A stretch of 64,000 nt of DNA from Antedon mediterranea (lineage: Eukaryota > Animalia > Echinodermata): assembly GCF_964355755.1 (NCBI RefSeq), contig NC_092675.1, positions 2,537,812 through 2,601,811 on the forward strand. Reading direction: 5' to 3'. This document shows positions 62,830 to 64,000 of this stretch, piece by piece. A model generated the notes under the pieces. The model had not been told where the DNA came from and ran no database searches. It saw only the letters and a program-made list of their open reading frames with translations. Made by a program: the position numbers and the translations under genes. Positions within the stretch are counted from its first letter, which is position 1; each line of letters starts with the position of its first letter.

Positions 62830-63086
62830 CTTCACAGGTCCTTTTAACGTCTTTTACGTAAAATATACACAAATTCATTATGCTTCTTTCCAAAAGTGAG
62901 GCACACATCCAGTCATTAAACACATTATTTCCAGTCAATGTTGACAAAAAACCCACACAACATCCATACAAATTTTTAGCCTCCACACTCTATATTGTGT
63001 GTGTGACCTTTTCCGGAAATAAATTAAAGTATTGTTTATTATGATACCCATAATGCTTTTCAAGCGAGCGAAAATCAGCTGTTGCT

Positions 63087-63252
63087 TAGTCTGGGTTCCA
63101 GACGGAGTTTTGTCTTAATATTAGTAAAAAGATAAATATTTTGGCACATATGGCGTTTCATACGTATACTACTCGATTTTGGACAAAAATCGCGGTCGAA
63201 ATAAAAACAAATAAATTAAAAAAAAAGATAATACAGACTTGGGGCAAGTCTA
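63087..63252. mobile_element. Academ-like non-autonomous element upstream of ARRDC
   Basis: Same as 33204-33366; 9-bp TSD GCTGTTGCT / GCTGCTGCT. Confidence 0.8.
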
Positions 63253-63310
63253 GCTGCTGCTATGCCGCTCTAAACACAATACAAGAAAAGTTTTCTATTA
63301 CCGTATTATT

Positions 63311-63760
63311 TGAATTACCTTGAATTACCTTGAAATTAAGGCTAAAGCAAATTGCTTATTCGCCTCTCTGGAATTACAAATCTCTTACATACGGCTGAAA
63401 CTTCTGGTGATGGTTTTTCCAGTGTTCTTTCAAATTAGACTTAAACTGATTTTGACTAGTCTACAACAACTCTCGGCAAAGCGTTCCAATCGTTAACTAC
63501 TCTTGCTCCAAAATTATTTGATCCCCATTTAGTTTTGACCCCCATTTAGTTTTGACCCGCGGCTTTAATAGTTTGAAAGAATGACCTCTAGTATAATGGA
63601 TAGTTGACATATTAAAAAAGGTTTCAATGTCCAATTTATCGAATCCTTTCAGTATTTTAAATACTTGGATCAGAGAAGCTCTCTTTCTTCTATAAACTAA
63701 CGTAGGAAGATCAAGTATTTTTAGCCTTGAATAAAGGCGTTGCTTTGAATAAACTCCCAC
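63311..63760 (-). mobile_element. CR1-like LINE 3' fragment
   Basis: RLKILDLPTLVYRRKRASLIQVFKILKG...TRGHSFKL, then RVVNDWNALP in another frame; internal duplication near 63523-63558; (ATTCAAGGTA)n tail. Confidence 0.85.
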
Positions 63761-64000
63761 TAGAATAATGTAAACGCTCCTTACATACAACTCAATATTT
63801 CAAAGATAGTTTTTACTAATAGTTTTATGTATTTTATTGATACTTTTTAATGTTTTATATATAAGGAAAACAAATTTTATGTTCGGCTTGTTGTGTTCAT
63901 GACAATAAAGATTTCTTATCTTACCACCTGCATGCATACACAAATAGAGGCCTATTATTATTAATTATGCATTACATTGTAGACCTACAAATTACAAGCA

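Noticed and set aside
62830-63090. Carbohydrate-response element as in vertebrate TXNIP/ARRDC4 promoters
   Set aside because: No pair of E-box-like CACG motifs spaced by 5 bp was seen upstream of the ATG

Overview
AT-rich eukaryotic (invertebrate, most plausibly echinoderm; inferred from gene content, repeat types and strong TAGGCCTA enrichment) genomic DNA. Most ORFs in the supplied track are spurious. Splicing GT-AG exons by hand gives four minus-strand protein-coding genes. (1) The 5' part of an ADAMTS7/12-like secreted metalloprotease: 13 exons, 16777 to 1, running off the window. (2,3) A tandem pair of signal-peptide cyclophilins (PPIB/PPIC-like): CDS 34380-32423 and 41260-39888. (4) A complete alpha-arrestin (ARRDC3-like): 9 coding exons, 62829-50705, 415 aa. 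Introns and intergenic DNA contain many non-autonomous elements (PIF/Harbinger-like, Tc1/pogo-like and Academ-like MITEs, Helentron/HINE-like elements, tRNA-derived SINEs, LINE 3' ends, a Penelope-type hammerhead remnant) and several minisatellites, most traceable to a MITE. The strongest observations are: loss of both cysteines of one conserved ADAMTS catalytic-domain disulfide; exon-restricted gene conversion between the cyclophilins; a minisatellite that amplifies part of an upstream element conserved between the paralogues; a 22-copy array of a MITE terminal repeat; and a CpG-decay versus TAGGCCTA mosaic suggesting gene-body methylation. I found no CRISPR array, rRNA, or convincing wholly new multi-gene system.
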